DNA of 57,003 nucleotides, taken from positions 1-57,003 of IMG/VR virus record IMGVR_UViG_3300040801_002155. One strand, written 5' to 3'. Positions within the stretch are counted from its first letter, which is position 1; every line of letters begins with the position of its first letter. The DNA is from a virus. Position numbers and translations under genes: made by a program. The notes under the pieces are model-generated. The model did not search any database, was not told where the DNA came from, and worked only from the letters and a program-made list of their open reading frames with translations. Below, one piece after another: positions 17,753 to 25,990 of the stretch.

Positions 17753-18682
17753 TTAATTGTAACCTTTTTCATAAACTTCTGCTAACATCTTAACTGCAAG
17801 TTGAATTTCCATGAATGCCAATGCACTATCATAATTCTTGTAGGCGTCAAATATCAATGGTTTGCTACGAGATAGCTCAAAATCAAACCATAAACGATCG
17901 CCTATGTCCGGAACATCTAAGTCATAGTTTAATTCAATCAATTTTAATGCGTGCATATAGTTTGGATCATCGATCGGAATAGACCCATTTAAAATATGCT
18001 TCTTAGCATTGACTGGACCCACCCCATTTACACCAGAAACATTATCAGATGAATCTCCGACCATTGCTTTATATGAGTCGAAATATAAAGGCTCAAACTC
18101 ATACTCTTCTACAAAATTGTTTTTGGTATAGAACACCCCGGGAAATTTATAGATATGACATCTATCATAATGTAGAAGCTGATACAAATCTTTATCCCCG
18201 CTAAATATAAATACATCTGTGGTGGACCTTTTAGGTCTTGCCCACGGCAAAGGATCAACACAAATAAGATTAACAATACTTGCTATTATATCATCTGCTT
18301 CTGCGCCATCCCTTCTTACTATTTCTGTATCTATATCTTCGAGTATTCGTGGCATTATTTCCCTAAAATTCCTGAAATTTTCATCCTTAACAGGAACTCG
18401 ATTCTGTTTATATGAGGAATCTATTTTGGTTCTATTCAGTTTGGTTCGGCTCTCTCCGGCAAATATAAATTCTATTGGGGTAGTACCCACTCCGGCCCTT
18501 TGAATCAAGAGCCGGAGCGAATCGAGAAACTGTACTATAGGAACCCAAGGATGAAGTTCCCTGTCTTTTATACCACTAAAGTATGACCTATACAAAATGT
18601 TTGCATAGTCTACCAGTAACAAGATTTTCGTTAATTGGTCTTCTTCTTTTAATTCTGGTCTAATTGGTGAGAGCTTCTTCAT
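17753..18682 (-). CDS. 5'-3' exonuclease / flap endonuclease (Pol I N-terminal-domain-like)
   Basis: PIN-like LLLVDYANILYR and AEADDIIA, plus the H3TH motif VGDSSDNVSGVNGVGPVNAKK. Confidence 0.8.
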   Translation of the reverse strand: MKKLSPIRPELKEEDQLTKILLLVDYANILYRSYFSGIKDRELHPWVPIVQFLDSLRLLIQRAGVGTTPIEFIFAGESRTKLNRTKIDSSYKQNRVPVKDENFRNFREIMPRILEDIDTEIVRRDGAEADDIIASIVNLICVDPLPWARPKRSTTDVFIFSGDKDLYQLLHYDRCHIYKFPGVFYTKNNFVEEYEFEPLYFDSYKAMVGDSSDNVSGVNGVGPVNAKKHILNGSIPIDDPNYMHALKLIELNYDLDVPDIGDRLWFDFELSRSKPLIFDAYKNYDSALAFMEIQLAVKMLAEVYEKGYN

Positions 18683-18690
18683 ATTATCCC

Positions 18691-19674
18691 CTATTCGGGC
18701 ATGTGATCAATGATTGGCCCATCTACATTAAAATCTAACAAGAATGGCTCACCGTTCCGAATGGCAGTATAACCAAGGGTTTGGTTCATCAAAGCATCAA
18801 CCTCCGGCCCAAAGGAGACATAATTATCTCCTTCTCCCTGCCAACGCCACCCAACGATCTGACCGGCCTTTGTACGAGGAAATCCTAATTCATAATAGAC
18901 ATCATTAAGATATAAATATCCATGTGCCTTAAGATGATCGTTTGCCCATATATTTTTAGCCTTTAAGGTAAGGGCATTATAATCGGGATGTGGCGACCAT
19001 TGACTACTACCAGTGTAGGTACCGTCTGTATTCCAGACCTGTTTTTCAAATAAACGGGCATACATATCAGTACCAAATCCATCTGGTAAAACCTGAATTT
19101 CTTTCTTTACCTTTTTGGTTTTCCCATTCTCATCGGTAACCTTTTCTGTTAGGGTTTGGTATTCTGTACCATAACGGAAATGGAAATCCCGATCTGAACC
19201 AAGTTCATCGATTACTCGACTGCGGTACTCAGTAAATGCCTTATCGATTACACGATAGGCAGCGACTAACGCAATATTCCTTTTTCGAAGGATCTTCTGG
19301 CCGCCAACAATTGCCACTGCAGATCCAAGGCCCAGCATAACTATCGGACCATATAGAACCACAAAATCTCGGGCAGTTTGAGCATAGACTAATACCGTAT
19401 CTTGCTTTTCATTTTCTTCAGAATAATCTGGAACAACTTCTAATGCGTTTTTTACATCCGCCATCTTTAATTGATGGTTGGTTAAAATTTGTTCCGCCTT
19501 TGTTTCCGCTTTGGCTAATTTATATGCGGCAAATCCAAGACCAAATATACCAGCTATAGTCAAAATCTCTGGAGAGTATTCTTTTACTTTAAATGCTGCC
19601 ATACTTCCAAATTTTACAAGTTTACCTTTCATGCACGTTAATTTATTTGTGCAAGTTGTCAATTCAGTACTCAT
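18691..19674 (-). CDS. Two-TM hypothetical protein, paralog of 26341..27066
   Basis: Shares with the paralog: TM-loop-TM, A(A/L)xxxYxxxxxxxxEYRxxV(I/V)(D/E)xxG, and LND(V/F)YYELG(F/L). Confidence 0.6.
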   Translation of the reverse strand: MSTELTTCTNKLTCMKGKLVKFGSMAAFKVKEYSPEILTIAGIFGLGFAAYKLAKAETKAEQILTNHQLKMADVKNALEVVPDYSEENEKQDTVLVYAQTARDFVVLYGPIVMLGLGSAVAIVGGQKILRKRNIALVAAYRVIDKAFTEYRSRVIDELGSDRDFHFRYGTEYQTLTEKVTDENGKTKKVKKEIQVLPDGFGTDMYARLFEKQVWNTDGTYTGSSQWSPHPDYNALTLKAKNIWANDHLKAHGYLYLNDVYYELGFPRTKAGQIVGWRWQGEGDNYVSFGPEVDALMNQTLGYTAIRNGEPFLLDFNVDGPIIDHMPE

Positions 19675-19766
19675 TATAGATCTCCTTTTTACTTTAGTAA
19701 TTTAAAAAAATATAAGAATAGTATTCTTTAATCATTTACCAGATCTGGCAAATGGAATACTACTCT

Positions 19767-19792
19767 ATTATAGGGTTTGTAATTTTTGTAGG
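19767..19792 (-). promoter_or_regulatory. Variant of the conserved promoter-like element
   Basis: Minus strand reads CCTACAAAAATTACAAACCCTATAAT, upstream of 18691..19674. Confidence 0.35.
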
Positions 19793-19798
19793 CAAATA

Positions 19799-20269
19799 TC
19801 ATTCATATTGATGGCCTATAAAGGCTAATACTTGCTTACTTTGTTCATTTCGTTTTCCTTGAAGTCGTCCAAGTTCTAAATATATATTGCCATATTGCAT
19901 GAGCTCACAGTACAATCCCGTCCAAGAAGGAATTTTTCTAAGATCCTCAAAAAAGTATTTTGTAAAGATAATAATCTTTGGTCTTGTCTTTGGGGGGAAG
20001 AATTTTCTTGCCGAGAATATAAAACTTCTAAGTTCTAATGGATCATCTAATGGTTCTGAGCCTGCGATAACGATTGTGCTAACCCTGGAGTCTTTTGAAA
20101 TTGTTTCTAGAATATACTCATCCGGGATTTTTATTATATGTAAACCATATATTGGAAGATGAATTTCCTTTTTCCAAGCAATGGGAGGAACCGATAAAAC
20201 AGCGCAAGGCTCCTTACAAAATATTTGTGATGTTGAAAATTCAATGAAATGATGTAGATGCATTGCCAA
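19799..20269 (-). CDS. Hypothetical protein (156 aa)
   Basis: Minus-strand ORF. VIAGSEPLDD recalls radical-SAM activases, but there is no CxxxCxxC. Confidence 0.5.
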   Translation of the reverse strand: MAMHLHHFIEFSTSQIFCKEPCAVLSVPPIAWKKEIHLPIYGLHIIKIPDEYILETISKDSRVSTIVIAGSEPLDDPLELRSFIFSARKFFPPKTRPKIIIFTKYFFEDLRKIPSWTGLYCELMQYGNIYLELGRLQGKRNEQSKQVLAFIGHQYE

Positions 20270-20275
20270 ATCCTT

Positions 20276-20422
20276 TTAATTAGTTAGGAAAAGACTTGAA
20301 AATATAGCCAAAACTGCCAGTATAATAATCACAGCTAAGATGAATGACCCTATCTTTTTGGCTATATCGGCAAATTTACTATCTTTTAATCTTATCCTAT
20401 CGAATGAATGTTTATTAAACAT
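20276..20422 (-). CDS. Small membrane protein (48 aa), below the track cutoff
   Basis: Hand translation: MFNKHSFDRIRLKDSKFADIAKKIGSFILAVIIILAVLAIFSSLFLTN. Confidence 0.35.
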   Translation of the reverse strand: MFNKHSFDRIRLKDSKFADIAKKIGSFILAVIIILAVLAIFSSLFLTN

Positions 20423-20434
20423 GCTACGTCCTTT

Positions 20435-20740
20435 CTAAAGTATCGCTCCTCCGAGAAGAAATGAAAGTAATAGTGTAATGAGAATCAATACTCCTTCAAA
20501 TGCACTCGAATCATTACTTTCGGTTTTAGGTGGTAGTTGAAGAATTAACGGGCCGTTCCCCGGCATTAATTCCTCAACTTTAAAATCTTTAATATCTTCG
20601 TCAACTGCGATTTGATCCCAATAATCAGCATCGCTAATTTCTGGAGCACAACAATTAAGAAGATCTTGGAATTCGTCCTTGGCTTCTCTTGGTGTACCAG
20701 CCGTAATGTAATAGTGTCTTTTAAATCTATATACTGGCAT
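20435..20740 (-). CDS. C-terminally anchored hypothetical protein (101 aa)
   Basis: C-terminal VLILITLLLSFLLGGAIL. Preceded by the TTATATTTAAAGGAGA initiation block. Confidence 0.5.
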   Translation of the reverse strand: MPVYRFKRHYYITAGTPREAKDEFQDLLNCCAPEISDADYWDQIAVDEDIKDFKVEELMPGNGPLILQLPPKTESNDSSAFEGVLILITLLLSFLLGGAIL

Positions 20741-20762
20741 TTTATCTCCTTTAAATATAAGT

Positions 20763-20802
20763 TTGGGGAGTGTTTGCTTGTCTGGACTTGCTCACTCCCC
20801 AA
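20763..20802 (-). terminator. Hairpin / candidate terminator
   Basis: A 10-bp stem TTGGGGAGTG / CACTCCCCAA with a 20-nt loop, after the stop of 20819..21166. The downstream tract is AT-rich but not a clean U-run. Confidence 0.4.
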
Positions 20803-20818
20803 AGCAGTGCAAACCTGC

Positions 20819-21166
20819 TTATAGACGAATTGAATTATAAACTTGATTTAGATAATCGCCAAGTTTACGCATTTCTTTAGTTAGAGTCCTAATACGCTCC
20901 TCCATTTCGGATCGTATTATATCAGCTCCCGTATTACCGTCTGAAACAACTCCAGCATCAAGTGGAAGTCGAATTGGCTCCAATAATCTTCCCAATTCAT
21001 GCGCAAGGCCTATGGCATCACACAAAGCTCCATCAAGCTCGTCCAAATCACCGCTAATACAACCAACATTTGCATTTCTTTCGGTTGGACTAGCGAGTTC
21101 ATTATGTACGTTCCAGTCATCCCGTTTTTTACTAATTCCTTCTGCTTGTACTTGTAAGGGTGTCAT
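20819..21166 (-). CDS. Hypothetical protein (115 aa)
   Basis: Minus-strand ORF preceded by TTATATTTAAAGGAGA. Confidence 0.5.
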   Translation of the reverse strand: MTPLQVQAEGISKKRDDWNVHNELASPTERNANVGCISGDLDELDGALCDAIGLAHELGRLLEPIRLPLDAGVVSDGNTGADIIRSEMEERIRTLTKEMRKLGDYLNQVYNSIRL

Positions 21167-21193
21167 TTTATCTCCTTTAAATATAAATAGTTT

Positions 21194-21343
21194 TTATAGC
21201 CCATACATATGGGTTTCGTATTCTTCTTTCTTTTTCTTTTCTTTGTGCCCATCAAATATGGCCATAAGCACAAAGTAAATAATATATAGGTTAATTGCTC
21301 CCATTACCACAAGAAATAAATAAAGTAGTACCTGTCTAAGCAT
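21194..21343 (-). CDS. Small membrane protein (49 aa), below the track cutoff
   Basis: Hand translation: MLRQVLLYLFLVVMGAINLYIIYFVLMAIFDGHKEKKKKEEYETHMYGL. RBS AGGAGAAAATAATG. Overlaps the upstream stop by 8 nt. Confidence 0.4.
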   Translation of the reverse strand: MLRQVLLYLFLVVMGAINLYIIYFVLMAIFDGHKEKKKKEEYETHMYGL

Positions 21344-21863
21344 TATTTTCTCCTTTCTTAGACTCCTCAACAAGCTGGAAGCCTTTTTCCTCGCACTTCT
21401 TACACCGGGTTACATACCACCCAGTAAAAGTGCTTAGAAACCGTCCTGGTGATCCACAAATCTCACAGGTTCTTAAGGCTTTTCCTTCTGCTTCTTTTAT
21501 GATGCTATCAATCTCATCGGTTGTAGAACTCAAATATATACGCAATCCCCCAAGCTTTTCTTTAATCTGCATTATTTGAATATCAAGATCATCTCGAATT
21601 ATAATCTCTTCAATTTTCCGCAAAGCTTCATTAATTAGGAGATGCCAGCCTTTTTCGCATTCGAAATGATCAGATAAAATATTAGCACCATCGGGTTTCA
21701 TAAACCAGAAAAGTAATTTTTGTGAATCTGCAAATTTGAAAGCTTCATCATAAGAATTAAAAGTCCCCAAGCAAGTTGAGGCATAGTGACCACGTTCGGA
21801 AGTATCGATGACGATGGTTCCAAACTCATTTTCCCATACGTACCATACAGTTTCTTCGGGCAT
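21336..21863 (-). CDS. Hypothetical protein with a C-terminal zinc ribbon
   Basis: CEKGWHLLI...QIKEKLGGLRIY...CEICGSPG...CKKCEEKG. This looks like a recurrent phage domain of unknown function. Confidence 0.6.
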   Translation of the reverse strand: MPEETVWYVWENEFGTIVIDTSERGHYASTCLGTFNSYDEAFKFADSQKLLFWFMKPDGANILSDHFECEKGWHLLINEALRKIEEIIIRDDLDIQIMQIKEKLGGLRIYLSSTTDEIDSIIKEAEGKALRTCEICGSPGRFLSTFTGWYVTRCKKCEEKGFQLVEESKKGENNA

Positions 21864-21875
21864 TATATTTCTCCT

Positions 21876-22001
21876 TTATTTAAATAGCCTTTTAATCCAT
21901 TCGGCAATCCAATATCCGATAACTCCTATTAGAAGTAGTGCCAGTATAAACAGACCAAAAATATCACCGGCCGTCCATACAAAGTGAATATTCTCAAACA
22001 T
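21876..22001 (-). CDS. Small membrane protein (41 aa), below the track cutoff
   Basis: Hand translation: MFENIHFVWTAGDIFGLFILALLLIGVIGYWIAEWIKRLFK. RBS AGGAGGAATAAATG. Confidence 0.4.
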   Translation of the reverse strand: MFENIHFVWTAGDIFGLFILALLLIGVIGYWIAEWIKRLFK

Positions 22002-22012
22002 TTATTCCTCCT

Positions 22013-22186
22013 TTAAAATAAACGCATTTGACGTTCTTGTTCTTTTTTTTCTTGTTCTTCTCGTTCCTTAAGAGAAGAGAATATAGCAATAATCTGATTA
22101 TCCGACATCTGGTTAACTTTCTGTTTCCAACTTTTTCCAGGATAAGCAGCTATGATAGCCTGCCTCATTTGATTAACATTGGGCAT
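22013..22186 (-). CDS. Small hypothetical protein (57 aa), below the track cutoff
   Basis: Hand translation: MPNVNQMRQAIIAAYPGKSWKQKVNQMSDNQIIAIFSSLKEREEQEKKEQERQMRLF. Preceded by TTATATTTAAAGGAGA. Confidence 0.4.
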   Translation of the reverse strand: MPNVNQMRQAIIAAYPGKSWKQKVNQMSDNQIIAIFSSLKEREEQEKKEQERQMRLF

Positions 22187-22208
22187 AAATTCTCCTTTAA
22201 ATATAAAT

Positions 22209-22336
22209 GATGGAGGATGGATTCGGCCAATGCGAATGCATACATTGTGAAAACCAAACTATTTTTAAAGGAGGGGCCAAACGGTAAAGCGAAACCATAC
22301 ATCATTCTTTATAACATCGACTACCCATCCTCCATC
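22209..22336 (-). other. Non-coding element bracketed by a perfect 12-bp inverted repeat; candidate structured RNA
   Basis: GATGGAGGATGG (22209-22220) and CCATCCTCCATC (22325-22336) flank about 104 nt that is visibly more GC-rich than its surroundings. There is an inner CAATG/CATTG hairpin and no ORF. Confidence 0.35.
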
Positions 22337-22345
22337 AGGCCAATT

Positions 22346-22987
22346 TTAAATTTCTCTAGTTCGCGGCAATAAAATTGTATAACCGTCACGAACTCGTTTT
22401 ACTTGCGCACTACTAATATTTGTCCACCCGAAATTTCCATCGGTAAATGCCGAGTCAATCCCAAGCAATTCGTAATAATCTGCAACAGACGCAACGCCAT
22501 ATTCTTCAATTAGATCAAACAGGCGGCTCATAACTTCTTCCGCTTCTCCTCTAGAAGGGATAATAATATTGTCAAAATCATGCCTTGCTCTTTCAGTTCT
22601 TGATAAATATCGACTTTCACGTTCTGGTTCTCGCGTTCTAGTTAATCGATTATAAGGAATATATGATCGTCCTTTATCTCTATATATGTTTGATCGCGAT
22701 GATAATCCTCTCTGCTCCCCAAAAAGAAGCATCTCAATTCCACCCCCAACGATATCGCTCAATGTCGACTTCATTGCTGGTATTAATATATCATGGAGAA
22801 TATAGTCTCCAACGCTCCTTGTATCATCACCTAAGAATACTTCTGCAACTTTTTGCCCGAAAGTTTTCTTCTGTTTTATGACTTTTCCGGTAACAACAGG
22901 AGCAAGCGTTTTTCTTGTTTCTTCTTTTTCTCGATTCGAATTACCGGGAAAGTCCAAGTCGGTTCTGACTAGTTTTCTTTCTCCCAT
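22346..22987 (-). CDS. Hypothetical protein (213 aa)
   Basis: Minus-strand ORF starting 1 nt after the ligase stop. Confidence 0.6.
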   Translation of the reverse strand: MGERKLVRTDLDFPGNSNREKEETRKTLAPVVTGKVIKQKKTFGQKVAEVFLGDDTRSVGDYILHDILIPAMKSTLSDIVGGGIEMLLFGEQRGLSSRSNIYRDKGRSYIPYNRLTRTREPERESRYLSRTERARHDFDNIIIPSRGEAEEVMSRLFDLIEEYGVASVADYYELLGIDSAFTDGNFGWTNISSAQVKRVRDGYTILLPRTREI

Positions 22988-22988
22988 A

Positions 22989-23882
22989 TTAACTTCCTTT
23001 CAATAATCGTTTAAATATAGGCGAACTAAGAGAAATAAGGCCATTTTTCTTTCCAGTTCTACCAAATGCTTCAATTTCAATTAGTTCACCAATCGGTGAA
23101 TTTTCCATAAAATATAATCGGTCGTCCATTGTATAGCCTGACCCTACTCTTACTGGAACTGTACATCCAGAAACCTCACATATAAGAGCCGAAATTCCAC
23201 CCTCTATTTTAGTCCCTTTATCTGCGAATTCTACATCAATTACAGTTCCAACAAATTCTTCCACTCTTTTTACTTTAATCAATGATGTGCTTCTACCATG
23301 AATATATGGGGCATCTAAATCCATTAGCATTAAGCCTTCTTTATTCTGTGAAAGAACATCATTCATTAATTCGGCCAATGTATGAATATCATTTCCATGT
23401 AATACCCCATACCTTTGCACTTCAAATATAGGTGCCTTTAAGGGAATATCGGCAAATGTTTCTGCCAACTGAATTGTTCGTTCTAAGCCGCTTCGAATAT
23501 CTCCATCTGGTTTAAACATATCAAAACAAATAGCAGATAGTTTTTCTTTATTATCGCCATACTGCTGAGAGGCTAATCCAATTGTTCTGGCCCTAAGAAG
23601 GAAAGAATTTTCATCCGAAAAATATAAATCTGTGTCAACCAATTCGCAATCGTAAATTATTTCCCTGGGGAATTTTTCGTTTTCTAAATATGATGTTATA
23701 TGTTTAAGCCATGGATCAGATTTACCACTTCGACTATATGCTTTAACGTCCCCGTTTTCGGTTTTATAAAAGAGACGACGGACACCATCGATTTTTTCGG
23801 TAATGCGCCATAGTTTGTCGGCAAGAATTTCATTTGGATCGTAATTTCTTAAATTTACACCAAGAGCTGGATTAAGTTCCAT
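22989..23882 (-). CDS. ATP-dependent DNA ligase (minimal, ~297 aa)
   Basis: Motif I EKIDGVR, motif III YDCELV, motif V EGLMLMDLDAPYIHGRSTSLIKVKR. Start set at MELNPALG (RBS AAGGAGG) rather than the tracked upstream start. Confidence 0.85.
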   Translation of the reverse strand: MELNPALGVNLRNYDPNEILADKLWRITEKIDGVRRLFYKTENGDVKAYSRSGKSDPWLKHITSYLENEKFPREIIYDCELVDTDLYFSDENSFLLRARTIGLASQQYGDNKEKLSAICFDMFKPDGDIRSGLERTIQLAETFADIPLKAPIFEVQRYGVLHGNDIHTLAELMNDVLSQNKEGLMLMDLDAPYIHGRSTSLIKVKRVEEFVGTVIDVEFADKGTKIEGGISALICEVSGCTVPVRVGSGYTMDDRLYFMENSPIGELIEIEAFGRTGKKNGLISLSSPIFKRLLKGS

Positions 23883-23966
23883 CGTCACCTCCTTTTTTTT
23901 AAATATAAGTATATAATTAAGGTATAGCGCCATTAGGTTGCGGCGCCATAGGCACGCTCCTTTCTT

Positions 23967-24001
23967 AAAAGAAAATAGCCTAAGATTTCTCTCAGGCTAT
24001 T
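23967..24001 (-). terminator. Rho-independent terminator, identical to 13067-13100
   Basis: Same 35-nt string aaaagaaaatagcctaagatttctctcaggctatt on the plus strand. Confidence 0.7.
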
Positions 24002-24008
24002 CGCTTTT

Positions 24009-24185
24009 TCAACACATTTTTTTTCCTTGAATTGTATTGTCTGAATTAATTTGTTCAAGTAATTCGGAAATATACTCTTGTTCTTCTTTTACCCATGCTT
24101 TGTCCGCATTTTCATCTGCGGCCATTGCAAGACCTAAAATTAGACTACCAAGTGAAATTTCCTGTTTTTGTTCTTTGTCATTCAT
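24009..24185 (-). CDS. Small hypothetical protein (58 aa), below the track cutoff
   Basis: Hand translation: MNDKEQKQEISLGSLILGLAMAADENADKAWVKEEQEYISELLEQINSDNTIQGKKMC. It has a promoter element upstream and a terminator downstream. Confidence 0.4.
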   Translation of the reverse strand: MNDKEQKQEISLGSLILGLAMAADENADKAWVKEEQEYISELLEQINSDNTIQGKKMC

Positions 24186-24206
24186 TTCAACTCCTTAGAA
24201 TATAAT

Positions 24207-24235
24207 GGTTTCATTATAGGAGTTGTTTTTGTTGT
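24207..24235 (-). promoter_or_regulatory. Conserved promoter-like element (ACAACAAAAACAACTCCTATAATGAAACC)
   Basis: Copy of the ~29-nt block, upstream of 24009..24185. Confidence 0.5.
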
Positions 24236-24249
24236 CAAAACGTCTTGAG

Positions 24250-24447
24250 TTAGGCGGCCTCAACAACTGTTTCGGAAACTTCTTCCATCGCAGCCGCAAT
24301 GTTCTCAAGTTCATTAGGAACTTCGGTTCCGTACTGAACAGCTTTAACAAGCACGAATGCGCCAACTGCAACACCAACGGCAATCCCCGCGGTTTTCAAT
24401 GGATTTTCTTTTACGAAACTAACGACTTTACTAATTTGCTCTTGCAT
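24250..24447 (-). CDS. Small membrane protein (65 aa)
   Basis: TM segment AGIAVGVAVGAFVLV and an acidic tail. The N-terminus MQEQ is shared with 25065..25298. Confidence 0.5.
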   Translation of the reverse strand: MQEQISKVVSFVKENPLKTAGIAVGVAVGAFVLVKAVQYGTEVPNELENIAAAMEEVSETVVEAA

Positions 24448-24506
24448 TTTTTTACTCCTTTTAAATTAATAGTTTTTGATTTTATGTTTTTATGCGATAT
24501 ACTATT

Positions 24507-24692
24507 CTATGGTTTTTCGATGAAAATATAATATTTGCCGTCGGGCTCCTTTCTAATTACTCCATCATTTTCTATAGACGTTTCACTCATCCACAATTCA
24601 GCTTCTTTATACGAATTAAAATGCATTTTTTCATACTGTTTCATCTTGAAATTCGTAATTTTAATTCCGCCGCTTCCACTATATCCTTCCAT
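24507..24692 (-). CDS. Hypothetical protein (61 aa)
   Basis: Minus-strand ORF with a GGAGG RBS. Confidence 0.45.
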   Translation of the reverse strand: MEGYSGSGGIKITNFKMKQYEKMHFNSYKEAELWMSETSIENDGVIRKEPDGKYYIFIEKP

Positions 24693-24718
24693 ATTACCTC
24701 CTTAACAAAAAGTAAAGC

Positions 24719-25009
24719 CTAGGTTTCCCTAGGCAGTACTTCTTCTGATTCCGTTTTCATAGATTTGATTTTTTGAATCGTTTCCTTTCCAAAATCAGTG
24801 ACTTCAGTTACAATCTTCTCCGCAGAAGCGGCAACAGCCGCTCCAACAGTAGTCGCAATCGTTACCTCTCCAATTTTCACGAGTATCTCTGACGATTTAC
24901 TCATGACTACATCTTTGGTAACTTTCTTGACTGTCAGCTTGAGGACTTCCTTCGCTCCCATGGAGCTGATCGTTCCTGTCACTAATTTCACAATGGGAAT
25001 TACATTCAT
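24719..25009 (-). CDS. Hypothetical protein (96 aa)
   Basis: Minus-strand ORF directly downstream of a conserved promoter element. Confidence 0.5.
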   Translation of the reverse strand: MNVIPIVKLVTGTISSMGAKEVLKLTVKKVTKDVVMSKSSEILVKIGEVTIATTVGAAVAASAEKIVTEVTDFGKETIQKIKSMKTESEEVLPRET

Positions 25010-25034
25010 TTCTAATCTCCTTTACAAATAGTGT

Positions 25035-25063
25035 GGTTTCATTATACCCTTTGTTTTTATTGT
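25035..25063 (-). promoter_or_regulatory. Conserved promoter-like element (ACAATAAAAACAAAGGGTATAATGAAACC)
   Basis: Copy of the ~29-nt block, upstream of 24719..25009. Confidence 0.5.
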
Positions 25064-25064
25064 A

Positions 25065-25298
25065 CTATCCCTTGTATAATATTTTTCCAACAAAATTTGC
25101 AACAGCGGTTGTAGAACTGATCGCACAATATCCTGCAATTACCTTATGCCAGCTTTTAATTTCGGCCGCTCTCTGTTTATCAAAATTTTCATCCGGCTTG
25201 TAAACCGAGTTCAAACCTTCAGAAACTGCATTGAATGTAAGAATTGATGTTCCGACAATCGCCGTTATTAAAATGTATCCTTTCATTTGCTCTTGCAT
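25065..25298 (-). CDS. Small membrane protein (77 aa)
   Basis: Two hydrophobic segments. Confidence 0.5.
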   Translation of the reverse strand: MQEQMKGYILITAIVGTSILTFNAVSEGLNSVYKPDENFDKQRAAEIKSWHKVIAGYCAISSTTAVANFVGKILYKG

Positions 25299-25328
25299 TT
25301 TTACTCCTTTTCAGATAGTACTGGTGAA

Positions 25329-25904
25329 TTAATATCTTTTTTTTATTGGATCTGGTATTTCGGCACATTTTTCTGCATTAATTGGCCAATCATGATATTT
25401 TAATTGATTAAATATATCCAGAGGATTTGTTAATACCTCTGGATACCACACTTCATCATAAGTAATACTATGTTCTTTGAAGAATGAAATATCTAAAAGA
25501 GCAGTTGTTAATAGTCGCATAAGTTCATCATCGTCTAATTCATTGCCCATATGAATACGAACACGTTTTGCAGATTCAAATACTTCATGAATATCTCTTC
25601 GCATCATTACCGTTTTAAAGACAACATTTTTAGGCATTGTCCTTAACTCATCTACTTTATGAAGGAAAAGTTTTACTAATTGTCCTTCATACATAGCAGG
25701 AAAGTTCTTTTTATGCCGAGCCTTATAACCAAGCTCATAATATCCGTTTCTATTTGGTATATATCCATTTATAATTTTATCTCGTTTTGTATTTGATTCT
25801 TGATATGCTCCTTTCATTCCTCCAGCAATTAGAGATTCCATCATCATTGACGTTCCGCTACGAACCAGACCAGATACTACATAAACAATTTTTTGCTTCA
25901 TCAT
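25329..25904 (-). CDS. Sulfotransferase-like P-loop protein
   Basis: VVSGLVRSGTSMM resembles the 5'-PSB loop of PAPS-dependent sulfotransferases, and VMMRRDIHEVFES resembles the 3'-PB RDPxD motif. Judged from memory only. Confidence 0.4.
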   Translation of the reverse strand: MMKQKIVYVVSGLVRSGTSMMMESLIAGGMKGAYQESNTKRDKIINGYIPNRNGYYELGYKARHKKNFPAMYEGQLVKLFLHKVDELRTMPKNVVFKTVMMRRDIHEVFESAKRVRIHMGNELDDDELMRLLTTALLDISFFKEHSITYDEVWYPEVLTNPLDIFNQLKYHDWPINAEKCAEIPDPIKKRY

Positions 25905-25936
25905 TTTATCCTTTGAAATAGTTTATGAAAAAGAAA

Positions 25937-25990
25937 AGGGTCTGTTAGACCCTAGTCTTTTGAAACGGCAAAAAGGGTCTTTTAGACCCT
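25937..25990 (-). terminator. Tandem pair of near-identical Rho-independent terminators
   Basis: AGGGTCT-nnn-AGACCCT hairpins at 25937-25953 and 25974-25990. On the minus strand each is followed by a T-run. The second overlaps the stop of 25982..26302. Confidence 0.65.

Noticed and set aside
19799-20269. An anaerobic RNR-activase / radical-SAM-like protein, because of VIAGSEPLDD.
   Set aside because: There is no CxxxCxxC iron-sulfur motif and the protein is too short. Left as hypothetical.
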